DNA of 55,965 nucleotides, filler included, from Asterionella formosa (lineage: Eukaryota), in the NCBI GenBank assembly GCA_002256025.1. It is 4 parts of 4 records of this genome, joined end to end, with 100 filler letters (N's around TTAATTAATTAA, not from the genome) between each part and the next. Parts side by side here need not be neighbours in the genome. Positions count along the whole stretch, not along the records: positions 14,024 to 27,945 come from NKIB01006306.1; positions 28,046 to 41,957 come from NKIB01006313.1; 2 more parts are not named here. One strand, given 5' to 3'. Positions 24,410-35,108 of the stretch are shown here, piece by piece. Positions within the stretch are counted from its first letter, which is position 1; each line of letters opens with the position of its first letter. Both the position numbers and the translations under genes were made by a program. The notes under the pieces were generated by a model. The model did no database searches, was not told the origin of the DNA, and saw nothing but the letters and a program-made list of their open reading frames with translations.

Positions 24410-26707
24410 ATGATGGAACAACCAAACAACCAAAATCAACGAAACGTGAACGTATCATGGGAGGCATTAGGTTTGTCAGTGGCCAGTACAGCCCCCGAAC
24501 GAACTGTAGCTACAAATGAACATGACTTCAAAATGTTTTTAATAATGAATGGAAAATGTACTAAATGTGAAAGAAGTGTGCGTCGCGAAATGGATTCGTC
24601 CGGATCTTTGCGAGAACGCTGCGACTGTTGCATAGATGATCCTATTGATACAATTTTTAAAGTGATGCAAGTTCGGCCTATTGAGGCTGTCGATCTAGAG
24701 AAACATCTCAGCAATCTTCAGGAATTGGCTGCTTTTAACAACCAGGATGAGATTGTTAGAAAAGAAGGTATCGAGAAGATTATGACTGCTATGAATCATC
24801 ATTCAGGAATTGTTAATGTGCAAAAACATGGTATTGGAGCACTTGGAAGTTTGGCTAGGAATAATGACAAAAACAAGGTGGAGATTGCCAATAAAAGTGG
24901 TATCGCGGCGATTGTGAAAGCTATGACGAATCATCCCGACGAAGACGTTGTGCAAAATGAAGGTTGTAAAGAACTTTGGAACTTGGCTGTGGATGATACC
25001 AACAAGGAAAAGATTGTTGAAAAAGAAGGTATTGATGTGATTGTGTCTGCAATGATAAATCATTTAGATAAACCTCACGTGCAACACTATGGTTGTGCAG
25101 CACTTAATAACTTGGCTGTTAATGATATCAACAAGGAAAAGATTGTCGAAAAAGAAGGTATTGGTGTGATTGTGTCTGCAATGAAGAATCATTTAAGTTT
25201 TGTCGATGTGCAACGTTATGGTTGTGCAGCACTTAATAACTTGGCTATGAATGATACCAACAAGAAAAAGATTGGTGAAAAAGAAGGTATTGATGTGATT
25301 GTGTCTGCGATGAAGAATCATTTATCTAATGCTGATGTGCAACGTTATGGTTGTGCAGCACTGAATAACTTGTCTGTGAATGACAACAACAAGGAAGAGA
25401 TTGCTAGAGGAGACGGCATCGACATGATTGTAACTGCGATGGATAAATATCGTGATAATATTCATCTACAAGAATATGGTTTTTCAGCGCTGGCGAACTT
25501 GGCTGTTAATGATACCAACAAGGAAAAGATTGCTGGTGGAAAAGGTATCAAAATTATTATGTCTGCTATGGAAAAACATTCCTTAAATGCTAATTTACAA
25601 CACTATGGTTGTAAAGAACTTTTGAACTTGGCTTACAATGATAACAACAAGAAGAAGATTGGTAAAGGAAGAGGTACCGATAGCATTGTGTCTGCAATGA
25701 AGAATCATTTATTTAATGCTAATGTGCAACACTATGGTTGTGCAGCACTTAATAACTTGGCTGTGAATGATATCAACAAGGAAAAGATTGTTGAAAAAGA
25801 AGGTATTGATGTGATTGTGTCTGCAATGAAGAATCATTTATTTAATGCTAATGTGCAACACTATGGTTGTGCAGCACTCAATAATTTAGCTGTGAATGAC
25901 AACAACAAGGAAGAGATTGCTAGAGGAGATGGCATCGACATGATTGTGTCTGCAATGAAGAATCATTTAACTATTGTCGATGTGCAACACTATGGATGTG
26001 CAGCACTGAATAACTTGGCTGTGAATGATGACAACAAGAAGAAGATTGGTGAAGGAGAAGGTATTGATGTGATTGTGTCTGCAATGAAGAATCATTTAAC
26101 TATTGTCGATGTGCAACACTATGGTTGTGCAACACTAAATAACTTGGCTCTGAATGATGACAACAAGAAGAAGATTGGTGAAGGAGAAGGTATTGATGTG
26201 ATTGTGTCTGCAATGAAGAATCATTTAACTATTGTCGATGTGCAACACTATGGTTGTGCAGCACTAAATAACTTGGCTGTGAATGTTGACAACAAGAAGA
26301 AGATTGGTGAAGGAGAAGGTATTGAAATGATTGTGTCTGCAATGAAGCATCATTTAACTATTGTCGATGTGCAGCACTATGGTTGTGCAGCACTAAATAA
26401 CTTGGCTGTGAATGTTGACAACAAGAAGAAGATTGGTGAAGGAGAAGGTATTGATATGATTGTGTCTGCAATGAAGCATCATTTACCTATTGTCGATGTG
26501 CAGCACTATGGCTGTGCAGCACTTAATAACTTGGCTGTGAATGTTGACAACAAGAAGAAGATTTCCAGGGCTAATGGAAAAGACGTAATTGTGTCTGCTT
26601 TGCAAAATCACACATCTAATGCAGATGTGCAAAAAGAAGGTAAAGGAGCACTTGAACAAATTGCCCCATTGGAAACAATCATCATGGTCCTATTTAGGAA
26701 GATTTGA
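24410..26707 (+). CDS. Armadillo-repeat protein (~15 repeats of 43 aa) with an N-terminal Cys cluster, 765 aa from the first ATG
   Basis: Intronless ORF with repeat consensus GIDVIVSAMKNHLxxxDVQHYGCAALNNLAVNDDNKKKIGEGE (129-bp period) and N-terminal CTKC...CDCC. The ORF track start at 24341 is TTG; the first ATG is at 24410. Confidence 0.88.
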   Translation: MMEQPNNQNQRNVNVSWEALGLSVASTAPERTVATNEHDFKMFLIMNGKCTKCERSVRREMDSSGSLRERCDCCIDDPIDTIFKVMQVRPIEAVDLEKHLSNLQELAAFNNQDEIVRKEGIEKIMTAMNHHSGIVNVQKHGIGALGSLARNNDKNKVEIANKSGIAAIVKAMTNHPDEDVVQNEGCKELWNLAVDDTNKEKIVEKEGIDVIVSAMINHLDKPHVQHYGCAALNNLAVNDINKEKIVEKEGIGVIVSAMKNHLSFVDVQRYGCAALNNLAMNDTNKKKIGEKEGIDVIVSAMKNHLSNADVQRYGCAALNNLSVNDNNKEEIARGDGIDMIVTAMDKYRDNIHLQEYGFSALANLAVNDTNKEKIAGGKGIKIIMSAMEKHSLNANLQHYGCKELLNLAYNDNNKKKIGKGRGTDSIVSAMKNHLFNANVQHYGCAALNNLAVNDINKEKIVEKEGIDVIVSAMKNHLFNANVQHYGCAALNNLAVNDNNKEEIARGDGIDMIVSAMKNHLTIVDVQHYGCAALNNLAVNDDNKKKIGEGEGIDVIVSAMKNHLTIVDVQHYGCATLNNLALNDDNKKKIGEGEGIDVIVSAMKNHLTIVDVQHYGCAALNNLAVNVDNKKKIGEGEGIEMIVSAMKHHLTIVDVQHYGCAALNNLAVNVDNKKKIGEGEGIDMIVSAMKHHLPIVDVQHYGCAALNNLAVNVDNKKKISRANGKDVIVSALQNHTSNADVQKEGKGALEQIAPLETIIMVLFRKI

Positions 26708-26843
26708 TAGGGTTATGGTTAGGGAAAAGGGAAGATGCCAGTTGACCTGCGTCAGTAACAAAACTGTTAGGGCTAGGGTTAGGGATAGGGCAAAGGGAAG
26801 ACGCCTCTAGGCGTCATCCCTATAGAGCATCCAACCCTTCTAG
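26708..26843. repeat. Degenerate TTAGGG-like repeats plus a GC hairpin directly after the ARM stop codon
   Basis: TAGGGTTATGGTTAGGG...TTAGGGCTAGGGTTAGGGATAGGG; hairpin AGGGAAGACGCC-TCTA-GGCGTCATCCCT at 26794-26821; CTAG at 26840-26843. Confidence 0.6.
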
Positions 26844-27695
26844 GGCTGGACATGTAACTGTAGCACGCAGTATGACTAATCCTACAGGTGGAAACTGGTA
26901 TGAGAATGAATGTGTAAGTACCGGTTGTTTGTTTTTTGATATGAATATGTAGAAGGGCACTGTTTTGTACTTACCAGAGTGATGGTCATGTAAAAATGTT
27001 ACACATCATTATAATGTTATGCATGTAATATATATATATAATTCGCATTCGCGGGTGCGTCCTGAATGACATGGTGGAGTGGAAATATTCGTTATTTCTT
27101 TTTGGTTTGGTTTTGCAATTCCGTGGGCACGGCATCAGTTGCGGCATGATGATATGGTTTGAAAAATGTAATTGGTGTCGGTACGAAAAAGATGTTCATG
27201 TCATATTTGAAGATGAGTTGGGTTCACTGAATCGAGTAAAGACGTTGCCATTTGGACAAGAATTGAATGAGAAACAATGGACGGTGTGATCGTCATGGTG
27301 TGTTTGTTTTTGATGTCAATGATAATGGTTGTACGACAATGTTAACAGTTTACTGTACAGTATAATGTACTTGTATCTTGTACCTTTGTACATTTGTACT
27401 GGTTGACAAGTACTGATTTGAAATGACGATCGGTATACTATAATGATTACTTTTATGCAGCTGGATCTTTTGCCTTACCATTCGAAAGTCCATCATCCTC
27501 CATCTAAGCCGCGTATTACGTGAAGTGACCATCACGTAAATAAGCCTAGTTGATTTTGAATGCATCACATGAATTAGTTGAATACATCAAAATACGTAGT
27601 TGAACATGTCTATATATTATCTGAATACATCACGTTAAATATTTGATCAAAGTATCATGCATGCATTCCTGATCATCACTATATTATGTGATCAC

Positions 27696-27795
27696 CTTCA
27701 CATAATTATTTGAAATACTTCACATAATTATTTGAAATACTTCACATAATTATTTGAAATACTTCACATAATTATTTGAAATACTTCACGTAATT
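27696..27795. repeat. 22-bp minisatellite, about 4.5 copies
   Basis: CTTCACATAATTATTTGAAATA x4 plus a partial copy. Confidence 0.95.
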
Positions 27796-27945
27796 CTGTA
27801 ATTTCGTTCACATAATTCTAGAATAAAGTTCACTTAATATGTTAAATTTGTTTACGTAATTTTCTGGAGCTCATTCAACTAAATTGAAGAGTTTCATTAA
27901 TGAAATAAAGCCTGCTCATTCGGAACGGCATGCGAATGCTCCTGC

Positions 27946-28045
27946 NNNNNNNNNNNNNNNNNNNNNNNNNNNNNNNNNNNNNNNNNNNNTTAATTAATTA
28001 ANNNNNNNNNNNNNNNNNNNNNNNNNNNNNNNNNNNNNNNNNNNN
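27946..28045. other. Artificial scaffold linker
   Basis: N-run with a central TTAATTAATTAA. Confidence 0.95.
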
Positions 28046-28345
28046 TTACTACCGGTAGTAAAAACAGTCTTTTTCCGCAGCTCCCCAGTATCACATGTAC
28101 CGGTAGTACCCCTCCCCGTCGTTTAATGGGAACTGGAGGGATCGCTTGGACGTGTCGACGGATGCCTGCAAGACGAATGACGTACAAACCATGTGTTCAT
28201 GAAGATCCTTCACCATTCAAATGCGTCCCATCAAACAATTAATGAGAGTCTTCGGTATGATGGAGGATGATAACATGAATCAATGATTGTATACCTGGTA
28301 GCTGTGCCGCCGATGCATACATAGTACCAGCTGTAATAGGTAATC

Positions 28346-29087
28346 ATGATTAGAAGAATCACTCGAGTGACCATTCTGTGCCTGTCGGCAGCAAGCTCCA
28401 TTGCATGGGTGTCATCATCAGCTGGATATGTGAAAACAACAAGATCTTTGCTGAATATGGCCGGAAATCTTCATGGGGAATCAGCCTGCTTTCTTCCTTT
28501 AGAACAAATGGAATCTGACTACTATGCGCCCCGTATTGTTCAGGTACAGTTGGCACTTTTTACATTTCTAAATAGATGATGAGGTTTCGATGGACAACTC
28601 ACTGACTTCTGTTCGTTTTCACGCTCAGATCGCTGGTGCATACCCAGGAATTACAGCAGATGAGTTTTTTGCAGTTACATCAGAACCACCGGCTCCACAA
28701 GGACAGTGGACCTATGATTTCAGCGACCCAGAAGGGCCTCAAGTCGGAACCGTAGCTATTGAGGGAAGCAATCGAGTTGCAAGCACAGAAGACCCGGTTG
28801 TAATTATTGCCGAGCATGTATCGTTGGGGGTAAGCCTTCCGGAAGTTATCAAGGACCCAGTGGATTTACTTGTCCTCGTTGACCGTTCAAAGACGACGTT
28901 TGCTGAACGTAGGTTTTTGGTGGTTGACGTTCCTGGATCGGATCTCGAAATTAAGGCATATGATACAAAGGCAGCCTTGCCGGCAGGCTCGAGTATAGTT
29001 GGACATGTTGTTTTGGTAAAGATTCCTTGGCTTCCTGCCATGCAACCAACTAGAACAGGTTTCTCGGAAGCGGATGAGTATTTCTAA
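28346..29087 (+). CDS. Probable plastid-targeted protein of unknown function, 2 exons (28346-28543, 28629-29087), 218 aa
   Basis: Signal peptide ending SSIA-W plus a transit-like segment. An 85-bp GT-AG intron joins PRIVQ to IAGAYPG in frame. Confidence 0.8.
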
Positions 29088-29149
29088 AGCGCGAATCTTG
29101 AGCTAAGAGATTGGTTGTGAAATGACAGGTTCCAGTGGTACTCCAAGTC

Positions 29150-29317
29150 AATTGATCGTGTCGTTGCAATCGTAGTTTTACACATAGTAATATTACCTAT
29201 TGTTGGTGTTTGCTGGCCGTCATTTATAAAAAAATTGATTATGTCGTTGCAATCGTAGTTTCACACATAATAATAATACCAATTGTTGGTGTTTGGGGTG
29301 TTTGCAGGCCGTCATTT
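29150..29317. repeat. Imperfect tandem duplication, ~83-bp period
   Basis: TGTCGTTGCAATCGTAGTTT(T/C)ACACATA...TTGTTGGTGTTTG...GGCCGTCATTT occurs twice. Confidence 0.85.
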
Positions 29318-32314
29318 CAGTAGTGAGAATACTACAGTAAATAAAATGGTGCTTCTGACCCTGATTTGCCATTTCCAGTGCTGCTCTAGTAAAGCCAACA
29401 TCGACTTTGAAAATAGAAAAGTGCATACAACCACTAGAATACATGTCACATGCTGTTTATGATTAGATAGAAGCAAAGGAAAACCTAACAGAATCAAGTT
29501 GGTACCTGCTGTTGTATGCAGTCAACTGAGCAGCCAGAAGCCAGGAGTTTAAGCACTTAATTAAGAAAATATAATACCAGAATCATTAGGTCAAAATAGC
29601 TATATAGAGTATGTTACCTGCTGATGACAGGACCACATGATAACAAGGTGCCACTTCTGATTGGTAATCAAATGAATACTGTTTGCCTTATACATCCTCC
29701 GGACTGCATCAGTATACAGATTAAGGTTCCTGAACCTCTACTTCAAAGTAAGTTTAAAGTAAATATTGATTCAGAGGAATCAAACACAACCCCATCACGA
29801 GTACAACAGGATTATACAAAATTCAAAATGAAGCTCAGGAGCTTTCCCTTTTGCCACCCTTCCTGCACAAATGCTTAAACACAGCCATTGGTTAAAATAT
29901 CTGCATAGGTCTACTCTAAATAGTTTCATTATATAACATGGTGTGGTGGGAGGTGGGGGTGCACAGTCCAGATGGAGATTAAGGTTGTCAGGAAGAGTAA
30001 CAGCCCTAGTAGGACATAGAAGGTGTGTGATGTGCTGGGGAGAATCAACAACAGGAGATGAGGTCATAGGAGCCAGTGGAGGAACCAAGAGCTGAAGATC
30101 ACATGAAGGAGTCGGACAAGACATCTATTTCATGAAGAAAATTCTGAACTTCATGATTATTTTGATTCCAACATTTTGACAATCACTGGAACGGCCGATT
30201 TGGTCGATTTTTGGGACAATACTTGCTCAACATTGGCAGGTCTCGATGATGAGTAAGATATCTTATAGATATATGCATACTCCATTGTACCATGTCAGTA
30301 TTTCACTTCTGGAAAGAAAGTGCAGCAAGGATCGAGCAAAAGCACAGAGGTTCTTTTGTATTCTTTCTCGATGGAATTCTTTATACAACTCCAAAATAAA
30401 TCCAAGGTAAATTCCTGCGCAAATAATTTGATTTGTTGCTGAATTGAATTTTCTCAACACATCTCGGTTGGCCCAATATGTTTGTCATTCATGAAGATTG
30501 ATGCTATCCACGCCTAATTCACATGCTGGTGCTGTAGCAATTTCATCATTGTCCATTGAGAACTAGTTTGTGTGAGAGAAAACAATGCCATCTACAAACC
30601 CAAACATAGTACTGGGAGGATATTCGAATAACATGATAGAGTCAAGCAATAAAGAACAATTCCTGATTCCCAAATTTGGTCTTGTCTGCTGTGTATACGT
30701 AGAATATGATTATCGCTCATCAGTGAATAAAAAAACCGCTAGATCAAACGATTAACTAAATTTTTGATCATTATCTTTTTGACAAAGCAATATTTTTGTT
30801 ATATTAAGAAAAGTTTTGGTGTATCAAGAAAATTATTATAAGTTATATCATTGGGGTTGATGAGGGTAATTTCTTCACACCACAGCAGATCAGTATTATA
30901 GATGCACAAAAAATTCAGAACTAACAATGAAACTCAATGTGCAAAATAAGTAATTTTTAATCATGAACTAGTTTTCGCTCGCATAAGACATGATCCAGAA
31001 AAAACTATTTTGATTTTTTTAGTTAGTCTTTTTGTTCAGATTCTTCTTCCTCTATCAACAACTTGTATCAAGTATGTTTATGAAAAAAAGCCAATTTCTG
31101 AACCAAAATTCGATATCAATTAGTCCCTTTGTTACAATCATTGTAAACAGCATCACAAAGATGTTCTAAATTGAAGACTCACAAGAAACACAAAGAAACG
31201 AACAAAATGTCATACTGATTTATGGTGACGACACGACCATATCATATTAACAACCAACAACACAGGTTTGGAAGGAATTATTTCATATCAGATCTGAACT
31301 ATAATACTAACCATCTATTCGATTTAATCTCTATTGTTAACTACAAATTGTTTGAGCTGGATTGGGCATGAATTGATAGAGGAAAATGAAAACAATTGTT
31401 TTTCGATCATAGGATGGATGGTGCATAATATCAACAATCATCATTATCATTGATATTGCTCTTTTAAAGAATTAACTGCTCGTCTTTAGCCGTGTTTTGT
31501 GTAAATGTCAACATTGCAGTTCCATTTTATCATGCTTCACTTACCAGAAATCGAAAGACTTTTCTCATAATTGAGTAAATTAATGCGTCAGTCGAATATC
31601 GCATAAGTACACATCAATAAATCGTTCCACCAAGGTCATGTATAACTTACAACAAAACTGTTTGATTACAATTATTCTGAAAGATTAAAAACACGCATTT
31701 GCCAGTTATTTTCTAACAGTTGAGCATGAATCCAATGAGAGCACTTACCAACTTTGTTTTGTCGTCATCGGTGATTTCTCACCAATTGCAAAATGAGCAG
31801 TTGAATCGCTAGGGAAGTAAGCAATAATTTAGACTTAGTGAACCCAACAATCGATCATCCTGACATGTGTGCTTGGAGTTACCATAGATAGATTCCATTA
31901 ACTATTCCATTTTCAATCATTTTTTAAGCCGCAAGTTGTCGTAATAACGTCACTTCAGTTTTCCTTTTGATATGGCTGATGTGATCTTTCATTCCAGGAT
32001 GTGTATCGGTTTTCATGACAAGGAACTCGATTGAACCATTGCTACTTTAATTTGTTTTCGCTCGTCTCTGCATGTGCAAAGTACTAAGCTCATGATCCCT
32101 TGAATGTTTGGTGAAGTCATACGCTATTCGCCATCCACCAACCACACCGTCATCGACTCATGATGACATGATGAATGTCCCGGAAGAGTTGAGAGAATTC
32201 ATAGGAACCACTCCTCGAGATTTTATGTCACCTTGTTTGTATGAGAACGTGTTATTGTGTACCCTCCATCACATTTAGATATTCCAATGTCACTCCCTAA
32301 CCCTACTATCCCTG

Positions 32315-32470
32315 TGATGGACATGATTTAAATTCAAATTAATCGTATACATACGTTTAAATACAAAAATATCTGTGCAACATATATAGGTATCAATATG
32401 ATGGACATGATTTAAATTCAAATCAATTGTATAAATATGTTAAAAATACCAAAATATCTCTGCAACATAT
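32315..32470. repeat. Imperfect tandem duplication, 84-bp period
   Basis: TGATGGACATGATTTAAATTCAAAT...AAAATATCT(G/C)TGCAACATAT occurs twice. Confidence 0.85.
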
Positions 32471-33158
32471 CGGTACAATAGATTATGCAAATACACAATA
32501 GCATTACTCACACACAAGTAGTCGTGTACCTGCAGATACATACTATATGAATATCTATCATGTCTTTTCAACAAGCAATAGATAGGTACAGATTTGTACA
32601 TGTACCTATGTACAACTGTCCTAATGCTACACGAATGATTCAAATTCAGATTGAGCGATTGCTGATGGTTGCAGCCAGTGATGATAAACATGCATAAATA
32701 AATATGTCGATATATTTATACTTACAATATTCTCTACGACGAGAATTATAATACATAGTAGTAAATGATAAATCGAATTTTTATGATCATAGGATTGTCA
32801 TTATAAGTTGCATCACACGAATAAGATTTTTTTATTTGCAGGCGTAATTGTGTCCATCTATTTGAACTTGAGTGCAATTATTTGATAACTTTCATGGTCT
32901 ACACGACTTAATTAACTTCTAGAAGGGCCTATGATATTTATATGCAAAGTACTTCTACCATCTATTTACATAGCAGGTCTAGCCGTTGCTTCTTCCATTT
33001 ATAGTACCTGTGAGGCTGAGGATTTCACCATAATGAATGTCACCTGCAATTCTCATGTTTCTGCATGCTGTGTATGTGACAATACTTTGCTGATGCCGGT
33101 TTATGAAAATACATTTCAATAAATAGAATACCTTCATGTGATGTTATCGTTTCTGTGC

Positions 33159-33326
33159 ACATTAAAATTTGGGTAGTTTTACACAAGATATACAAGGGGG
33201 TGTGGTACATGACTAGGGGGGAACGTTACACCGGGTTTTATAGTACCGCAAAACCCGGTGTCTTGAATGCACAATTGTCCTGTACCCCTTTGTACATCTG
33301 GCACAACACTCCCAAATATTTTATGT
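33159..33326. repeat. Fold-back (MITE-like) palindromic element, ~165 bp
   Basis: Inner perfect stem ACACCGGGTTTT/AAAACCCGGTGT and outer imperfect arms TTTGGGTAG...AGATATACAAGGGG / CCCCTTTGTACATCT...CTCCCAAA. Confidence 0.7.
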
Positions 33327-35108
33327 CTACAGAAAAAATAAAAGCATATTTGTAAATGTATTTATACTGTTATTGTATTCTTACTGGTCACCATCAGCAT
33401 GAAACAACAATCAACAACAACACAAGGGATGCCAATGACATTTGCGATGGGAATATCCTTGGCCTGCGATCTATGTCAACAGTCAAAGCTGCAAGTTGCA
33501 AGCTTGCTTGTTCTGGCGTGATCATCAAGCTGAATGCTATAGGCTCATGCAGTGCTGTTGGCCTCGATGTTGTTGGCTTGCTGGAGGCGTTGATAGAATC
33601 ATTTTTGTCTGCTGCCTGATGATGCAGAAATATTTCATGGTGCATGGCATAATTCTGGTCCACTTATCATATATGCAATGTGGTTGGCTTACATTAATAT
33701 CTATCACAATCTAAGTCATAGAGCCTACACAAATTAATACCATTTTAGGATTATTTACAAACATGTACACACTCTAGGAACCACTATAGATGCCATCACG
33801 AAGCTTGGGTGCACCACCAGTGCACCAAAAATCATAGAAACCATTTGAACCTACAACAATGTATCTTTAATGTTGCTGTTTACGTTATAGACTATGGAGA
33901 ATTTATTGGTGAAGTTGCGTTTTTCATCATGTTGGATGATCAAACAAGAGCCAATGTTTGCTGTACTTCCCTCTAAGTAAAATCAGTCATGGCTGTGTCC
34001 ATTGAGGGGTACAAGACACCAGCTTTTATGGTAGTTGAGTAGAATGCTCATCTCTAGCAAACACTTAGAAGTTGCATCAACTTTTGATCATTCTATTACG
34101 GTACTTAATATTTGAAAAGTCGGAAGATGGAGTACCTGGTCAATTGGCTATAGTGACTGGTCCTTGCTGTTTCTTGTGGCTGCTGAGGACAATGGGTGGC
34201 GGCTGCGTGGAAGCTAGTTTTCAATCTAGGGGTAAAGATATATACAGGTAGTTGTGAATTCCAGTTTTACGTTGTTACCCTACAGGTGTTCCTTCTATAC
34301 CAGTCCTGGTGTAAACAAATTGCAGAATGGGCGGTGTACCGAATACTCAGCGGAAACGCACGTTGGCTGGAATGTCGTCATGGGATTGGATTCGAAGACT
34401 GCCTAATACTGATACATACTGGTTTTTATAAAACGCGAATTGATCCATTGGCTGAGAGGACGAGGCCAAAACATGCTCCAGCTACATTGGTTATGTTAGG
34501 AAGATTACCGGTATGTACACCATACATAGCAGAAGACGTGATTGAAGATTCGCAACAGTTCGGAAGATATAATATTCATGTTTACTACCGGTATTAGACA
34601 CCAGCAAATGTGCCGGTCTACTTACTTATAGTACCTGGTACTAGCCCTTTTGTCAACCACTGTGTATGCAGGTATGAATGGCCATGAATATATCAAAATT
34701 GTATCCTGGGGAACAGCTATAAAAATTCGTTTCCGGGTGCCCATGAGGTGTTCAAAGTTTTTTCAACTGACACGAGATGGGGTCATCTGCTGATCGAGAA
34801 TTCTGCGAGGTCTAATTTTTAATTCTAATGATTGGGTCAAACCCTTTTTGGCGATGGGAGATGACATTCTAGTCGCTGTCACAGGGGACACGACACAGTG
34901 AAATGGTTGATGTCATCTTGGTTTCGTCCTGCGTCGTCCGTATTTCAATCCCAAGACGCGTTCCGAGGAGTTTTAGAACGCTTTTCAGTAAGGATAGGAT
35001 GACGACGTGCTGATATCAGCCATTCATCACCGTGATCTCATGCTGAGCTCACATTCATGAAAGCACAGCAGCGTTGACGTCGACCTCAGACACAAGAAAT
35101 AACCTCCA

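Noticed and set aside
24760..26660. TALE-like or CRISPR-like array
   Set aside because: The 129-bp units are in-frame 43-aa armadillo repeats, with no unique spacers and no TALE consensus.
27696..27795. CRISPR-like short repeats
   Set aside because: Head-to-tail 22-bp units without spacers, in a eukaryotic context with no cas genes; an ordinary minisatellite.
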